DNA of 64,000 bases from a virus (lineage: Duplodnaviria; Caudoviricetes). The translations under genes and the position numbers were made by a program. This document shows positions 39,838 to 55,445 of the stretch, piece by piece. The first letter of the stretch is position 1; every line of letters starts with the position of its first letter. The stretch lies in the IMG/VR virus record IMGVR_UViG_3300028833_000066. One strand, given 5' to 3'. Under the pieces are notes generated by a model. It searched no databases. It was given only the letters and a program-made list of their open reading frames with translations, and was not told where the DNA came from.

Positions 39838-42800
39838 TTACTTCACCCTTACCCAAATGCGGCCATCTACTTTTACGTTACTACTACCCCAAGTCTCATA
39901 ATTGGGTATTTCGCTGACATATCCTATGATACAATCTGGATATTCTCTTATTTCATCTCTTGTCATAATATCCACTGTACCATTTGGAGCTGAGCATACT
40001 GCCATACCAGCGTGATAATTTGTGCGGTCTTGATAAGTATAAACTAATACTCTTCCTGCGACGGCTACTGGCGTTTTAGCCTCATTAGTTTTGCCTTCAA
40101 TAAAGCCAAAAGTATCAGAAACAATCTAGGCACCGGGGAGAAGACGCTTTGTTGCCAATGATACTGTGCCGTCATCGTTATCTATGATGACGTTGCCAGG
40201 TTTAAGGGGTTCAGCCGCACGACGATATTCAGCATAGTCATTCCAAGCAGCACCGTACAGGACTTTGTTAGTTAAATCTACATATACAGCCGCCGCACCA
40301 TCTGGACGCAAACGCAATTTATCTACACCATCTTCATAAATTATATCTATAATTCCTGATGTTGAGCCGTTTGTAGCTTTAGATAATTCTATTTCTCCAC
40401 CTTCGGTATTACTAATATAACTGCTTCCACGTAAATAAACACTTCCGCTATAAATTCCTCCTGTGGCAGATAGTGAGCCCTCACTAGGATTAGCATATAT
40501 TTTATTATTTAAAATAGAAGTAGTATCGCCGCGAGAGGTAGTAGCTGTAACACCAGCAGTAGCACTCATAAGTAATGGATATGAATTATTAGTGGTGCTA
40601 TAAGCCTGAGTAACTTTAGTATCAGAAGTTGATACAGTAGACCAACCGCCTTTTTGATTTAAGAATTTAGTTGTATCACCGGAGGAAGTATTCATTCCGC
40701 TAATACTAATTGTGCGAGTGCCGCTTCCAGTAATTGCTCCGGTAGCATCTAGTGCGATACCGGCACCTGCGGATAATGTAATAGAAGTTACTGTTCCTGC
40801 ATTATTAGTAAATGATGCCCAAGTGCCTTTTTCAGTCAGACATTTTGACGCACTTCCGCTTGGTGACGAACCGTTAGGAGAAAATGGTTTAACTCCTCCA
40901 TCTTTATACCAATAAATTGGATGTTCTGGCGTTAAAATAATTGCAGCTGTGCTATAAGCATTACCTAATTTAATATAAATAAATCCATCATCTGATGTTG
41001 GCAATGTTTGTGTAATAGGTCCTGCGTTTGCTCCTGTGGCGGTTGCCGCAGCATTAGTACCAGTCGCTCCTGGGTTACGTAATTTTGCAGTTAAGCCGCC
41101 AGCCTATAATGTAGCGACTAGATATACATCTTTACCAGCGGTTAAAGTAGTGCCAGTGTTAAATGAATAACGTAAATCTACGTCACTTCGCATTTGCCAA
41201 TGATAACGTCCATCAATATTTCCAGCAGCACTAACAGTGCCAGTAGTACTATAATATTCTATAGGTCTAGTAATATCAAATTCTTCAGTTGTAATAGTAG
41301 TCATAGCCGTAGAAAATGGATGACTAGTATTATTTTGAATATCACTAGTATTAGCAGGAATAACTTGAATACCATCTTTATGCGGCAATAAAAGTTTATA
41401 TCTGTATAATGCTGCAGTAGTTTTACGATAAGCCGCATTCTGCATTTGTCGCATATAACCTGCTGTATCATTGCTATTGCCGCTATCATAATAATTAACT
41501 ACACGCCAACAACCTACGCCAGGAATATTAGTTGTGTTACTACTGGCACGAGAAGTAGCGGGGGTTACTGGCGGAAATAGACTGGTAATTGTGCCATCTG
41601 CATCATATACTAAAGTAACTATTGAATCGACAGGATATTGTCCAGTTAATCTTGTCGTACTGCCATTAATACCAACTGCTCTATATGTTGTCCCGTTATC
41701 TAATGAAATATATGTTCCGTAGTCATGACTGGCTACAGGAACTCTAATTGTAATTTTGTCTCCATCATTTGGTGTCGCGATGCCAAGATTAAATTTCCAA
41801 AGGGCTCCAGTATAGCCATTTGTGCCATTACCTGCAGCCGCGGTCCCAGTTCCTTTTAAAATTGTGCCACGATAGAAGAGACCAGAATTGATATATTGAA
41901 TAGAGGCGTTTTCTGGAATAGTATTTGCGGGCGTACCTATAAATGCAAGTTTTCCATTAAATGCACTATCTCCATTAACTAGTAATTTATAAGTATTCTA
42001 TGTTACGGGTGAATTTAACTAAAACATACCATTAATATTAAATCTGCCCTTTTCATGTGAAGTATCAGCTCCACCACTAGTAAAAATGATACTCGCTGAT
42101 GTTGGTTTATTTATATACAGAGTATTTCCTGATGTTAAATATAAAACACCGGAACCACTATTCGTTGCTGTACTAATATTAATATCTGCTGCTCCACCAG
42201 GAGACGTAATATATAAATGTTTTCCGCTAGTATTTGATTGCACAGTAACATTAGCATCTGTGGCTCCAACTACTTTAAGTCCAGTAGAAGTTAGTGTTTG
42301 TGTTGTGCCAGTTGAGACTATTACACAATTATTAGTAAATGAAGTAACACCAGTGCCGCCATGTGCAACTGCTACTGTACCAGTGACATTAGTGGCATTA
42401 CCGCTTAATGTACCAGTAATTGTATAACCACCAGTAATTGTTTTAGCATAAGGGTCAATTACTAATGGTGTTCCACTTCCAGTTTTTGTAGTACCATCAG
42501 CTGATGCAATACCAAAAATTCTTAACTAGCTATTTAACTAATCAAGAACAATACCCGCCTATGTTGTATTAGCTGTTGAAGCACAAAGCTATAATTGGCC
42601 GCCTTCTCCAGATTCTGGTTTAAGTGACAACGTATTCGTTAATGTTCCAACAGATGTAATACTTGATAAATTTTTCGTGGTTATAATAGTATATCCTACA
42701 TTAGCAGTACGTCCTACAGTAGCCGCTGGTAAACTAAACGTTTCATGAAAACCAGAAGTTCCTGTATCAGCAGTTGATTTAGGACACCACTAACGAAAAT

Positions 42801-43305
42801 TATACTAACCAGTAGTAACATTATCAGCATTTCCACTATTATAATAAATTTCTCCAACTTGCGTTTTTGACTTATTATAAATATATACGTCTAGACACCA
42901 TTGGTTATTACCATATATATATGTATATCCAGCAGTATAAAGTGATTTCCATCTATTTGACGCACTACCTAGTGTTAATGTATTGTCTTTAGGATTTAAT
43001 GCCCCTGTTGACAAAACCATACCTTCAGTAGAGTTGCCAGTTGCTCCACCGGGACGCATTATAATGTTTCCTGTAGTGTACAATCCTAAAGAAGTAGAAG
43101 TGCCTATATGTGCATTAATTGTATCATCATTTGTTAAATTAATGCCAACGGTAGTTGATGAAGCATCTGTTCCAGAAGTATTAATTTTTAATAAATTAGT
43201 TTCTAGATTACTGGCATTTAATACACTAGTATCTACTTCATTCGCATAGAGGGTATCAGTAACCCTAGCACTTCCCTAAATAAGTGTATCTTTTAAAGTA
43301 GCGAT
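39838..43305 (-). CDS. tail fibre with C-terminal chaperone-like domain (code 15, ~1155 aa, ATC start)
   Basis: Four supplied ORFs share one frame; WNDYAEY..PG..VSDTFG..PVAVAGRVL..GRIWV C-terminus. Confidence 0.75.
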
Positions 43306-43320
43306 AAGTCATCACCCTCC

Positions 43321-45708
43321 TTAACGTTCTATAAATTGCGTTGCATTAACGCTAAACATTTTTTTATTTAATTGCGCAGGTTTATTTAAATCTTCTTCTA
43401 CTTCTGTAAAATGAGAAGATTTAAATACTCCTGTCTTTTTTAATTGCGGCTTAAAGTTAGTATCAACTAAATACCACTATAAATGTCGCACCTTCCATGT
43501 AACTGGACTAGACTATCCATTAGTTACTAATCCTAAACTTGAATAATCTCTAATTGGCAAATGATTTGTATTACCATTATTTGTATTTGAAGCGCCACGA
43601 TAGATGCGCGTCCATGTATTTGCGGGAATACTAATTACGGAAGCTAAGCGCGTACCTGTTGCATCGTTATCATTACCTGCCCAGTTCGTATCAGAATTTC
43701 CTGTCGTGTTATTATAATCTGTATTTACACTTAATGCAACTGGCGTCCATACTTCCGCTGTCCAACGATACGTTGCACCATAAGGCACCCAAAGTGGCGG
43801 GTCGTCAGCGAGACGAACACCATATCCCCAAGAAGAAGTATCCGCTTTAGAAACTATCGTATAAGTATCAGTCGCAGTATCATATGTAACAGAATTCGCG
43901 CTATTATTTATGAATTTCGCGTTCGGCACCACGTTAGCCGTTTCTTCTAATTCAAATGGATGCATATTTGCTTTTTTATCCACCTTCATACCTACATTAT
44001 ACAACTATTTTATGTCTGTGTCAAGTAATGGAGTGCAATAGATTCTAAAATCACTCATTAGTCCCGTATAAGAAGTGGCATCTCCACGTGTATCTCTAGC
44101 AATACGTAAATTACCGCTAAAAGTTTTATCATTAAAGGTATTAGTAAATGTATCTTTTAACTCGCCATTATAATAGCAATACACTTTAGTTTTATCTTCA
44201 CTTTTTACAACAGCAATATGTTGCCAAACTCCATCAGTAATGGTTAAAGAAGAAGTTGTTAAATCTGGAGAGCCATTCCAATAGAAACGCAGTTTATTTC
44301 CTGCAGTCTTTTCTATACTACAACTTGTACCATTATAACTCGCGGCATAAATACTACGGCCGCCGTTTTCGCCGGAGGGCTTAATCCAAAAACTATATGT
44401 AAAGGCATTATTCCATAGCGAAATCGGGAAGGTAGATAAAATACCATCTGTATTTTCTGGAAAATTCATACAAGAAGAATATCTAATTGTATTATTATTT
44501 ATTGTTGGCGTGCCAAGAATGGTGCCATTATAATTATACCCGCTACTGTCTCTTACAATATTCTAATCAATTAAAAGACCTTTTTCAAGATGTACATTAC
44601 ACATTTGAGTTGTAACAGACGTATCGCCTGTTGTAATGCCAATATAAATATTACGCATGGTACTGTTATTTGTTTTAAAGCTCATCCAACATTTTGTCCA
44701 ACTACCATCTGCGGCCAGTTTTGTAGAATAATAATTTTTATTTATTACTTGCCATCCTGCAATAGGAGTAGAAGAATATACATTAAATCCAGCATATCCT
44801 TCAGTGCCCTCTGTAATTCTTGCCCACATAGAAATAATATAATTGGTGTTTGCTTCCATGGGGAAACCATCTATGCCATAACAACTTCCATCATTTGCAG
44901 TTTGGATACCACTATTCTAAAAACCATAGCCGTTACCTTCGGGTGTATCTGTGATAGCCACACGTGACCTAGTCATATTGCTTGAGCCAGCGAGACGCCA
45001 AGTGCCGGTAGAAGCATTAGCTGAGCCAAGTGGCATATCAAGTGAATTTGGCATTATATTCTAATTAATTGTAATATTTTGATTTAACTTATAATGCAAC
45101 ACCAATCCCTATGCAATCTCTTTTACTTCTGCCGCGGATAAAGCATGATCGTAAATACGAACATCATTTAAATAGCCATTTAAATAATTAGCATTTACCG
45201 TTGTACTTGTATTTTGACTTGCGCCAATAAAAGACTTGGTCGCCGCGGCGGAAGTCATTGTTCCGCTAGTGCCGGCACTATATATTTCAGCACCATTAAC
45301 ATATATCTTTTTTGTTGCTCCTTTTTTATATATAAAAGCCAGATGATACCATGTATCAGTTGAAAAAGTGTATGCTTTAGTATGACGTTCATTTCCTATA
45401 TCATATAATATATTTCCACTATTATTTACAAATAAAGTCACGCCATTACTATTTACCGCATTCCTATTAGAAAATAAACAACAACTCGCAGTTGAATTAA
45501 ATTTTGCCCAACATGTATATGAAAATTCTGTTGTTCCGTTAGAACATGGAGCTGAACTTAATTCTATATAACTACTAGAACCATTAAATGAATAGCAGGA
45601 GCCAATTTTTCCTGCGGCGACAGAGGTAACGGAATGTCCAGTCGCAGTTACATCACTAATGCCCTAATTGTGTAAATCGCCTGTTAAAGGCAGCCATACC
45701 TTAAGCAT
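43321..45708 (-). CDS. LamG/ConA-like domain tail protein (code 15, 795 aa)
   Basis: MLKVWLPLTGDLHN(TAG)G; WYHLAF, LNDVRIYDHALS, MSDFRIY; four ORFs in frame. Confidence 0.8.
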
Positions 45709-46042
45709 TTTTCCGCTCCCTCCTTTTCTTCATCTTCTCATTATACTTTCTCCGCTTTTCCGCTTCTTTTTCTTCCTTATGCTTTATCTGCTTCTATAAT
45801 TCTTCAATGCTAATTAATCTAAAATGAATTATACCACTCTACTATATAAAGTTCTACAATGTATAATCCAAATAAACCTCACTCATTACGCCATCCTCAT
45901 CAAGGAGGATGGCGAATGAGAGGTTAAAGTCATTAAGTTGATGATATAATGTATTATCGTTACTTATGAGTTCAAATGTTGAGGGGTTTATACGGTGAAG
46001 TCCCTCAATTAACGTACCATCTGCTAATTGTAAAGAAAACAT
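45701..46042 (-). CDS. hypothetical protein (code 15, includes tandem TAG TAG)
   Basis: Frame continues to TAA at 45701, overlapping the next start. Confidence 0.6.
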
Positions 46043-46057
46043 TAAATCACCTCTTAA

Positions 46058-49000
46058 TTAAATGAAGACGAAATCAATTGAATCGTCGGTTGTATTGTAT
46101 ATTGTGTAAGCTTTTTCAGTACCACTGACATTCCAAGAATGACGAGCCGCACTTAATTCGCCGGCTGTTGTAGTTAAGTAGACGCCGGTATCGCCTTCAA
46201 GCGAAACATTTGCGGCAGTTGAGGTTATTGTCGTTGAAGTGCCGAGTAAGTAGGTTTTAGTGGTGGTGGCGAGTTTGGCGGATATTTTGGAAGCTGTGGC
46301 TGCGTTACCGCTGATGCTAGTATTAACGGCTGTAGTACTTGTGATATTAAATTTAGTACCATCCCATGTTATATCGCCAGAAGCGCTACCACTATATGGT
46401 AAAAATCTAATACCAGTATTACCGTTTTTACCTTTAATACACATGGTTCCAGCAATATTTTGATCGCCTAACTAAACATCATCACCAATATTATTTAATC
46501 TGTTATTAGCTAAAGTAATAACATCACCAAATGAAGCAGTAGAACCAACGTATAACTTTTTCGCAATACCAACACCGCCGTCAACACGTAATGCTCCTGT
46601 AGAAGTTGAAGAAGCATCGCCTGTATATTGTACATATAACTAATTCGCAGCGGTTGCGTCAGCATAACCTATGAATACTGGTCCGCCATTAAGATTAAGA
46701 TATAAACCCTAATCTACAGCATCCACATTTGTTCCTCTATCGCCAGTTTCTTTACAGCCAGAAATACCACGAACTAATAAAGCATTACTACCAGCAGTAC
46801 CTATAATATGCACGCTACCAGTTAAATATGATGCCGCGCCAGTACCTATACCGCCGCCAACTACCAGTGCACCAGTTGTAGAAGAGGTTGATGCCGTAGT
46901 GGCTTTAATTTTTACTGTGCCGGCTTTATTAATTGTTAATAGCTAATTATTACCATATAATCCTAGACCAACACTATTATCTGCATGATTGGAACCTACA
47001 TAATTAAACTCTAACGCGGCAGAATTATTCGTACCATTTCCCATGCCAGTAATTAAACATGTATGGCCACCGCTGGCTAAATTAGGAACCAAATGATTAA
47101 TACCCCAAGAATAAGTGCCGCTTTTCGCCACAGTTGCTGGCGCACTTGAAGTTAAATTAATCATACCTTTTGCTGTGCTATCAGTCGCAGCGGGATTATA
47201 TTCAACAGTAGTTTGACCAGTAAATAATGCCCCACCAGTTTCATAGAATCGTAATTGAGCAGACATTGTTGCAGTTGAACCATTATATAAAGTATCTGTA
47301 ATATATGTAAATAACAGATCATCTGTAAAAGAAGCATTATCATAAGTACCAATTTCCCAAGAGCCATTAGTGGTTTTCATTGAAGCTAATGGACTATAAC
47401 CATTTTTAGTACTAATAGCTACTAATGCATTATCACGACCTTTATGCCAATTTGATGCTGTGCCTTTACGATAAATGCGACCGGTCATTTCTCCACCAGA
47501 TAAAGGAAGAGCATACGAAGAATAATTGGTCGCGTTTAGAACAATACTGCCATTAATTTTTACATGATTATCATCTCTTGCTCTAAAACTTAATCCCCAA
47601 TAATTTGATAAACAGATCCATGTCCGCGTCGCGTTTTCTTCTGAAACGTCAAAAGTACCAAGTCCATACCAGCTAGCTCCATCAGAATTGTTATCATTAT
47701 CTGAAGTAGTCCATTGTAATTTTCTTACAGCTGAAGAATAAATTTTTCCAGTCATACTACCGCCTGCAAGTGGCAAGTAATCACTCAATGCTGTCTAATA
47801 TGCAATTCTCTACCAAGTTGTAGCATTAACTGGCATATAATATAATGCCCCATTACTGCTAAAACCAAGTCTTGCTTCGTAATAATTTGACTCACTAGTT
47901 GGATGTGTTTTTATAATTAATTCTGCATTTGCATTGTTCGTTTTTGGCATTGAGGTATTAGATACATTGCCTACTATAGTCATCGCGCCCGCACTTAGAA
48001 TACTAGAAAATTCATTTGCCGTAACTGCGGCGGTATGAGTGCCTTTTCCTACTACTGTTGCGCTTGATGCATTGCCAGATAATGGTCCGCTGAATCCCGC
48101 AGCTGTAACTGTGCCTACAGTAGTTATATTACCAGTTTCCCAAGCATATTTAAAATTAGTCGCGCCAGCATTGCTTAATAACTACCATGTATCACTTGCG
48201 GTTGCCTGCTAATGTTTAAAATTACCATATTGATCAGTTGTATAGCCTGCTGCCTATGGGGTTTTTAAACCAGTCGTGTGTAAAGTGATTGTGCCTTTCA
48301 TTGTGCCACCAGATAATGGAAGAGCATAATCATCATAGTTCGCACTATCTAATAATGTCTTCCATTCTCCCCAAGTATCGGCATTTTGACCACTACCACG
48401 ATATTGCATCATACCTGTTGGACTAGCAGGAATATATAGTTGTCCTGCCCAATAATTATTATCCCAATTAAATTGAGTAATAATACCATCATCACGCGGT
48501 TTTCCTTCTGTCATACTGGATGAGGCCAGAAATGTAAATATACGAGAACGATTGGAATTATCAGTATTTGCAGATGTTAGACGGCCGCGAGATGTTAGAT
48601 ATGTTGCACTTGTAGCAGTTGTTGCAGAAGTCGCGGAAGTCGCGTTGCCATCAAAACTCCATTTATTATCTGCTCCCGCTGAAATAATCCATTTATTTGC
48701 TTTATCATCATATAATCCATGATTTACATTAGCAGTACCAACACCCCACCAATAACTAATTGTAGTGCTATATGCAACTTTAAATTCACTGCTTCCACCG
48801 GCTACATGTGTAGCTAAATATTTAGTTACTGCTGTGGCCCTACCATTGGCAGCAATATATACAGGAGTATCACTGCCTCCAACCGCGGAGGTATTACCAA
48901 CATGTACAGCATACTATTCTCCTGCATAATTAGGGAGCCAAAAATTATAATTTGTATTTCCTTTTAAATTTGAGACCATCTAAGTAAAAGCAGTATCACT

Positions 49001-52000
49001 ACCATAAAATCTAAGAAGACCTCGTGCATTATGTCCACCGCCGGCGGTATTTTTTGGTACATTAGCAATATTATTACCTAATTCTAATATTACGTTACCT
49101 AAAGTGCCAGCCGTGCCATCATTAGCTCCTGAGCTAGATTCAGCAGTACTTGCAGTACCAATAGTATTAATAAACCAATGACTATATTGTGTAGAACCGC
49201 CACGTAAATAATAACCACGCTGAGCAGTCGTATTAGAAAGTCCAATGCCGCCAGGTTCAATATAAGTACCTGTTTCATTAGAGTTATATGCTGTATAAGT
49301 TGTTGGGCCAATATATAAATGTGCTGAATAGTATCCATTAGCCCAACGACTATCAGAAATTCCAACCGAACCCTATGCATTTACTTTTGGATAAATTTGT
49401 GCATAATAAGGACTTATAATTACGCCATCATAATTATTGCTATCCGCTTTTCTGGTATGCCTGAAAATAATAGTTTCATTGCTATCATCAGTAGTCTATA
49501 ACACTAAATGTCCACTATTTGAAGCACGCTAACTATAATAAATACTTGCTCCATCGTTATCTCCGCTCCATGATAATCCTGCGGAATTAGCTGGATAAGA
49601 TGTAGAAGTAACTTGAGCAAATTTAATTGTGCCATCATCCTATAAAACAGTAGAACTATTCTAAATAATTCTCCCACTTTCTCCATCAAATCTAGCAATA
49701 GCATTATCAGTAGAACTAGTAGAAGAACTAACAACTGCACCGTCAATATTAGCCTATATTACATTCCAATGAGCATTATTAACCGCGGTTTGATTTGTTG
49801 CGGCATCAGTAACCGCGATAACCATATCTCCAATTTCACAAGCCACGCCAGCATATGTTCCTTCTTTTGCGACTCTATAAGTCCAACCAGCACTATATCC
49901 ACTTTTTGGAATATTCTTTAATGTAGTCGCGGTTTCTGCAGCGTCTTTATTTAATATGCCCTTAAATACCATCGCATCATTTGCCGCAAAACCTGCAGAA
50001 ATCTAATCATCTACATATTTTTTTGTCGCTGGATTTGCATCTGCAGTTGGCGTCTATACTGTGACCGCACCAGTAAATGCTGCACTACTAAGTTTTGCGT
50101 AGTCAGCCGCGGTCTCTTTTGCCATTGTGCCAAAGGCGCCACCTTTATAATATGCTAAATTACTACTTGTGCCACTATATGCGCCATTCCAATAGGCAAT
50201 TGTATTAACATCTACCAAGCGTAAATTATTTGCATTACTATTTCCCGCGGAGTTCCAACCTAACGCACTTGCTGTAGTATTGTTTAAGATTGCGCGTAGC
50301 GTAGTTTCTCCTGCTGTTCCACTACTTACTAATACCTAACCATCTGTAATAGTAGAAGGACGAGCCCATGCGTAGGATTTATAATTATCTTCTGTTAAAA
50401 TATGATGATTTAAATAGTTTGGTGATGACGGAATAGCTAAATCTGTAGTAATTGTTGGTAGTGCTCCATAGTCCATAACAATAAATAATGTTTGTGGATT
50501 ATTAGCGTGCTAATTACAAAAAACAATAGCTTCTTCATCATCTGGTATGTAATATTTTACCTAAGGGCTATCTGCTAATTCAAAAATAGTAATACGTACA
50601 TCTGACTAACCATAACCGCTAGCTTTATAATATGCTCTAGCATGACTATTTGATGTATTTACTCCAATAGTGCATTGAAATTCACCAGTAAAAGTTAATT
50701 TTGTTGCTTTACCTTTAGTAATTGTTGTAGAAGTTTTTAATGGATATAAAGTATTATGGTTATGTTCAGCGGGAGTAAATGACGTTGGTACTCCAGTTAA
50801 GTCAGTATAAGCGACCTATGCCCAATCGCCAGTGTCTTTTAGAAATTTCTTCGCAGTTGTGCCGACTGTACCTAATGCCGCTTTAACTAATGTAGCATTA
50901 ACTACTTTAGAAGCGGGTCGTCTATGATATGTTGTTGTAGTAGTTCCGCCGCCAGCGTATTGTGTAATTACATAATCGTTTGCAGTTAAGGGTGAAGAAC
51001 CTGTATCTAATAAATTAATTAATGCGTTTGCGTCTGTTTTAGTTAATAACGCAAAAGTACCAGTCTAATTAGGTAATGTATAACTTCTATTGGCTGAAAG
51101 ATCTCCAGGCTTGATATTTCCCAATTTGTTAGTGCCATCCCATAATGTTATTGAACCAGTAATCGTGCTAGAACCCATGCAAAAATCTAATGCAGAAATT
51201 GCTCCATTTGTAACTGTTTCATATATATATACTCCAGCATGAGCTCTTGCTCCTAAATTACCTGAAGTTGCAGTACTAAACCAAGGATAATAATTTTTAT
51301 TTCCATCAGTGGTATTAGTATGAACGGTAACATTTAAATTACCATTTAAATTAGTAGCATAAACATTTGACCATTTATGAGAGCTATCTCCTAACGTCTC
51401 AGTATTGTTATTACTTGGAACCATTCCCTCGCCACGAATTTCTACACCATCGCCACTAGAAGATGTTGAAGAATCGGGTCTTAAATAAATACGTTCAGTG
51501 GCATAAATACCTAAACCACCAACATTATTTTCTCCAATACGAGAACCTTGTGTAAAAATCAAACCCTTATCATTATAAGCAGAACTTTGATTTCCTACTA
51601 AATTAATAGCTCCTGTCATTGTACCACCACTTAATGGTAAGTAGCCGCCAGTAACCACAGGAGCATAAACACCATCATGATTATGATTCCCAATCGCAAC
51701 TTTATCCGTACCCGTACCAGTCGGCAAATTACCAAATGGTACAGTGCCAGTAATATTAGTCGCGGTTAAGCTTGTTAATGCTGAACCATCGCCTGAAAAC
51801 TTTGTGGCTACTAATGTACCAGTTGAAGGCTAGAAATCTAGATTAGCTGCTTGATATGTAACATCAGTACGATTAGTAGGGGTGGTGCCCTTTGCACTAT
51901 ATACAGTACCACCATTTAGTAATAATTTACGCCAGGAACCAGTACTAGTCACGCCTTGCTCTACTAACCGATCAGTATTAGTATCTAAATCACCAACTAA

Positions 52001-52327
52001 TTCCCAATTCGTGCCATCATAAACAAAATTATAAATATGATTAGCGGTTAAAGTACCCGCAGCGGGTAGATTTCCGCCGCGGTATTTAATTGGTTTTGCA
52101 TCATTTGCATTACTACTATTAACACGTAATTTTAAATCGCCAACAGCAGCTGTATTTGTGGTACTAAATTTAATAGCGATTTGAACACCTGAAAATAGTT
52201 CAAAATTAGCTAGAGTAACATCTTTAATAGCAGTAGCCGCAGTAGTTCCACAAGTTCCTAATAAAGTAGGCTCAATTAAATAATTAGTATTATTTATTTT
52301 TATTTCTTTAATGCCATTAATGGCCAT
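46058..52327 (-). CDS. giant tail fibre (code 15, ~2089 aa)
   Basis: Six supplied ORFs share one frame; repeated YLPLSGGTMTG motifs; not every intervening codon checked. Confidence 0.7.
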
Positions 52328-52344
52328 TTAATATCACCTGCCTA

Positions 52345-54831
52345 TTAATTAGTTGGTCCCGCTACACTTGGTGTAATTGCTGTTATCGGAGTTATTGAAG
52401 AAGCATTTGTAACTGTAGTAATTGTTAAAACTCCATCACTAACAGTTGTAGTTTTAACGTAATTTGCGTCGCTTAAATAATGAATTGTAGTATTAGCGGT
52501 AGTTGTATAAGTTGTATCTCTAAATACGGCTCCACTAGGTACACTAGTTTTTATTGTATAACTAATAGCAGTTGCTATGCCATTCGCCGCAATATATACT
52601 GGTTTATCAGTATCACCAACTTTACTAGTTGTATTCGTACCGACTAAGTTGCCGCCAGTGGTCTTCGGTAAAGTAAGTACTTGTACTGATGTGTTATTTG
52701 TACCAACAATATCAGTATAAGAAGTAGAAGTACCATATAATCTTAAAATACCTTTTTTATTATTAGCAGTACCAGTTGCTGTACTATTACCTAAAGCAAG
52801 TACACTATAACCTTCCGCAGAAGTTGTTCCTTTTAATGCGATATGCTATATACCAGTACTATAATAACGTGTTGCAGCATTATCTGTATTTTGTTTTGCA
52901 AAAATTAAATTATAAGCAGTAGATGTGCTTGGATCTTCTGATGCGATTGCTAATTTTTCATCAGTATTATCACTAGCTGGTAACGATACCGTAATACTAC
53001 TAATACTAGTAACGTGGCCTGCGGCATCTATTTCTACTTTAGGAATATTAAAAGTAGAGCCTCGCGTACCTGTTTGTGCACCAGTAGGTCCACTATTAGT
53101 AATACTAGATGGTACAAAGTGAGCGAATTTTAATTCATCTGCTCCTGCGGCTCCATTGCTGCCAGCTAGAACAATCCATTTGTTAGCCCCAGTAAATTTA
53201 ATATTTTCGCTATTATTAGTAGCAGTTACTGCAGTAGTATTACCAGTTAAAGCACTGGTTCCATTAGCTGTATTTGCTGGTGTAATTGAACCATAGCCGG
53301 GATTCGTAGGAGTGGCCCAAGTTCCATCTTCTTTTAAGAATCCAGTGCCACCCGATGTGATTTTTGGACCTTTAGTAACTGTATGAGCTCCATTAAATTT
53401 AGTTAAATAATCAGCGGCACCATCACTTGCTGTAACAGCACCATCAATGTTAGTTTGTGCTACTGTCCAGTCATCATTCAATGCTGTGCTAGCGTTATAA
53501 TCTTTAACTGCGATAATTAAATCGCCAATTTCACAAACCTATCCAGCATATGTGCCAGCTGTAATAACACGATAAGTGTCACCTGCTTGATAATTAGTTG
53601 TTGGCAATGTACCGGGATTACCATTGGTGCCAATAGTGCCTTTAAATTGCATAGCATCGTTCGCCGCTAGTTTATTATTAATCGCAGCCGCGACGAATGC
53701 AGTAGTTGCAATTGCCGTAGAACTATCAGTAGCGTCTGCAACAGTTGGTGCCTTAGGAGTGCCTGTAAATGTTGGTGATGCCAAACGTGCGATAGACTCT
53801 GGAATGTCATCTGTTACTAACGCTCTAAAATCTGGCGCCGCCGCTGCGCCACTTTCTGGCCCAGCAAGAACAAAGTGTGCGCTTTTTGTACCGTATGGGT
53901 TTTGTGTATCGCCATAGCCGCTAGCTAAATAAATAGTTGTACTTAAAGTTCCACTTTGTGCTGTATTAACGCTTGATACAACCGGAGAACTACCTTGTAC
54001 CTAAACACTAGTAACAGTACCTGTATTATTAGTAAATGATTCCCAAGTGCCGGCCTATGTTAATGCTTTACCTTTATTTGTAGCATTATTTTCTCCAAAT
54101 GATAGCGAAGCTCTGGCAATTTTATTTCCATCGCTACTATCAGTAATAACTAATTTATCTCCATTTCCAATAGTAACATCAGTAGTCTATAAAGCTCCAC
54201 CATTAGTGATATTGCCATGTGTATGTTCATATGTTGCGGCACCGCCAGAGGCTCCTATTTTTGTAATGCCTGCTACAGTTGAGCTAGCATCTTGGTCAGT
54301 CTCTAAAGTCCAAGTATTCGCCGCTGTCTTTTTTAAATAGCCGTTGGTCCCCGTTAATGCTTCAATCACTTTTAAATCATCAGCATTATTAACATTTGCT
54401 AAATTAACTGAAGCCAGCCCATCAGCACCAGTGTCAATACCGCTATTCATTATCCAACGTTTAGACGTCGGTGTTTCATCTAATGCACCATCATAATACG
54501 TAAAGCTAACAATAGCCCCTGCACGCCAAGAAGTAGCCTCGGTATTACCAGGCTTAGTTGTACCAAATTGGTATACATCAGTTATATTATTACCAATTTT
54601 AAGCTAAATTGCATCTTGTCCATTATATGTATTTGAATTTATAAATAATACATGAATTGTTAATCCATGCGTAGGTGTAAAGGATGAAAAATCTTCTATA
54701 ATAACTTCTTTTATAGGCTTGTTAGCAGCGGTAGAACAAGTTCCAAATAAAGTAGAACCAGTTAAATATTCAGTATCATCTATATTAACAATACCGATAT
54801 AATCAGTAATAGTCTTAAGAAGTCCTGCCAT
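52345..54831 (-). CDS. tail fibre-related protein (code 15, ~828 aa)
   Basis: Four ORFs in frame; ASPTFTGTPKAPT..IATTAFV, ANDAMQFKG, CEIGD..QTNIDGAV. Confidence 0.75.
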
Positions 54832-54833
54832 TA

Positions 54834-55412
54834 TCAATCATCTCCTTCTGGTACAACTACTTCCGCATTATCTTTAGAAATATCAGTTATTACAACAACA
54901 TCTTCTAATTCTAATGACGGTTCTTGACCATTTTCAATCATTAATCTATTATTTTGCACGTCCGCATTTGTCATTGTACCAGCAGACCATGAGTTAGCTT
55001 TAATTGTTTTAATTGTTTGTTTATCCGCAGTATAAGTAAAATTAGATAACTATGTGTATCCTACACCTATTTGAAAATAATATATAGTATTTTTATCTAA
55101 TGCTATATATAATTTATCGTCAGAACCACTACGGGGAAAATTCCGTGCTTTAGGATAAAATGCTAAATTAGAACCAGTAGGTGAATAGCCATTAATGGTG
55201 CCCGCATCAATAAATGGCAATGCGGTTACATCATGTTCTCCATCTCCCACCTTTAAACGAGAAAAAGGGTGAGCCCCATCAGCTGAATAGATGATGAGCT
55301 CACCCGAAAGTGGTACGAAACCACGGCTTCCGTCCTTAGGACCAGCCTTATTCCAATTAGCTTCAGTATCACTTTTCAACTGAATTCGTGTGTTCACGGT
55401 TTTAGTAGCCAT
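54834..55412 (-). CDS. tail protein with Mtd_N/hyaluronidase-like N-terminus (code 15)
   Basis: RIQLKSDTEANW...GE...LKVGDG...LPF. Confidence 0.75.
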
Positions 55413-55445
55413 GAAAGCACCTCCTCGGCATCATTCCAGCCAAGT

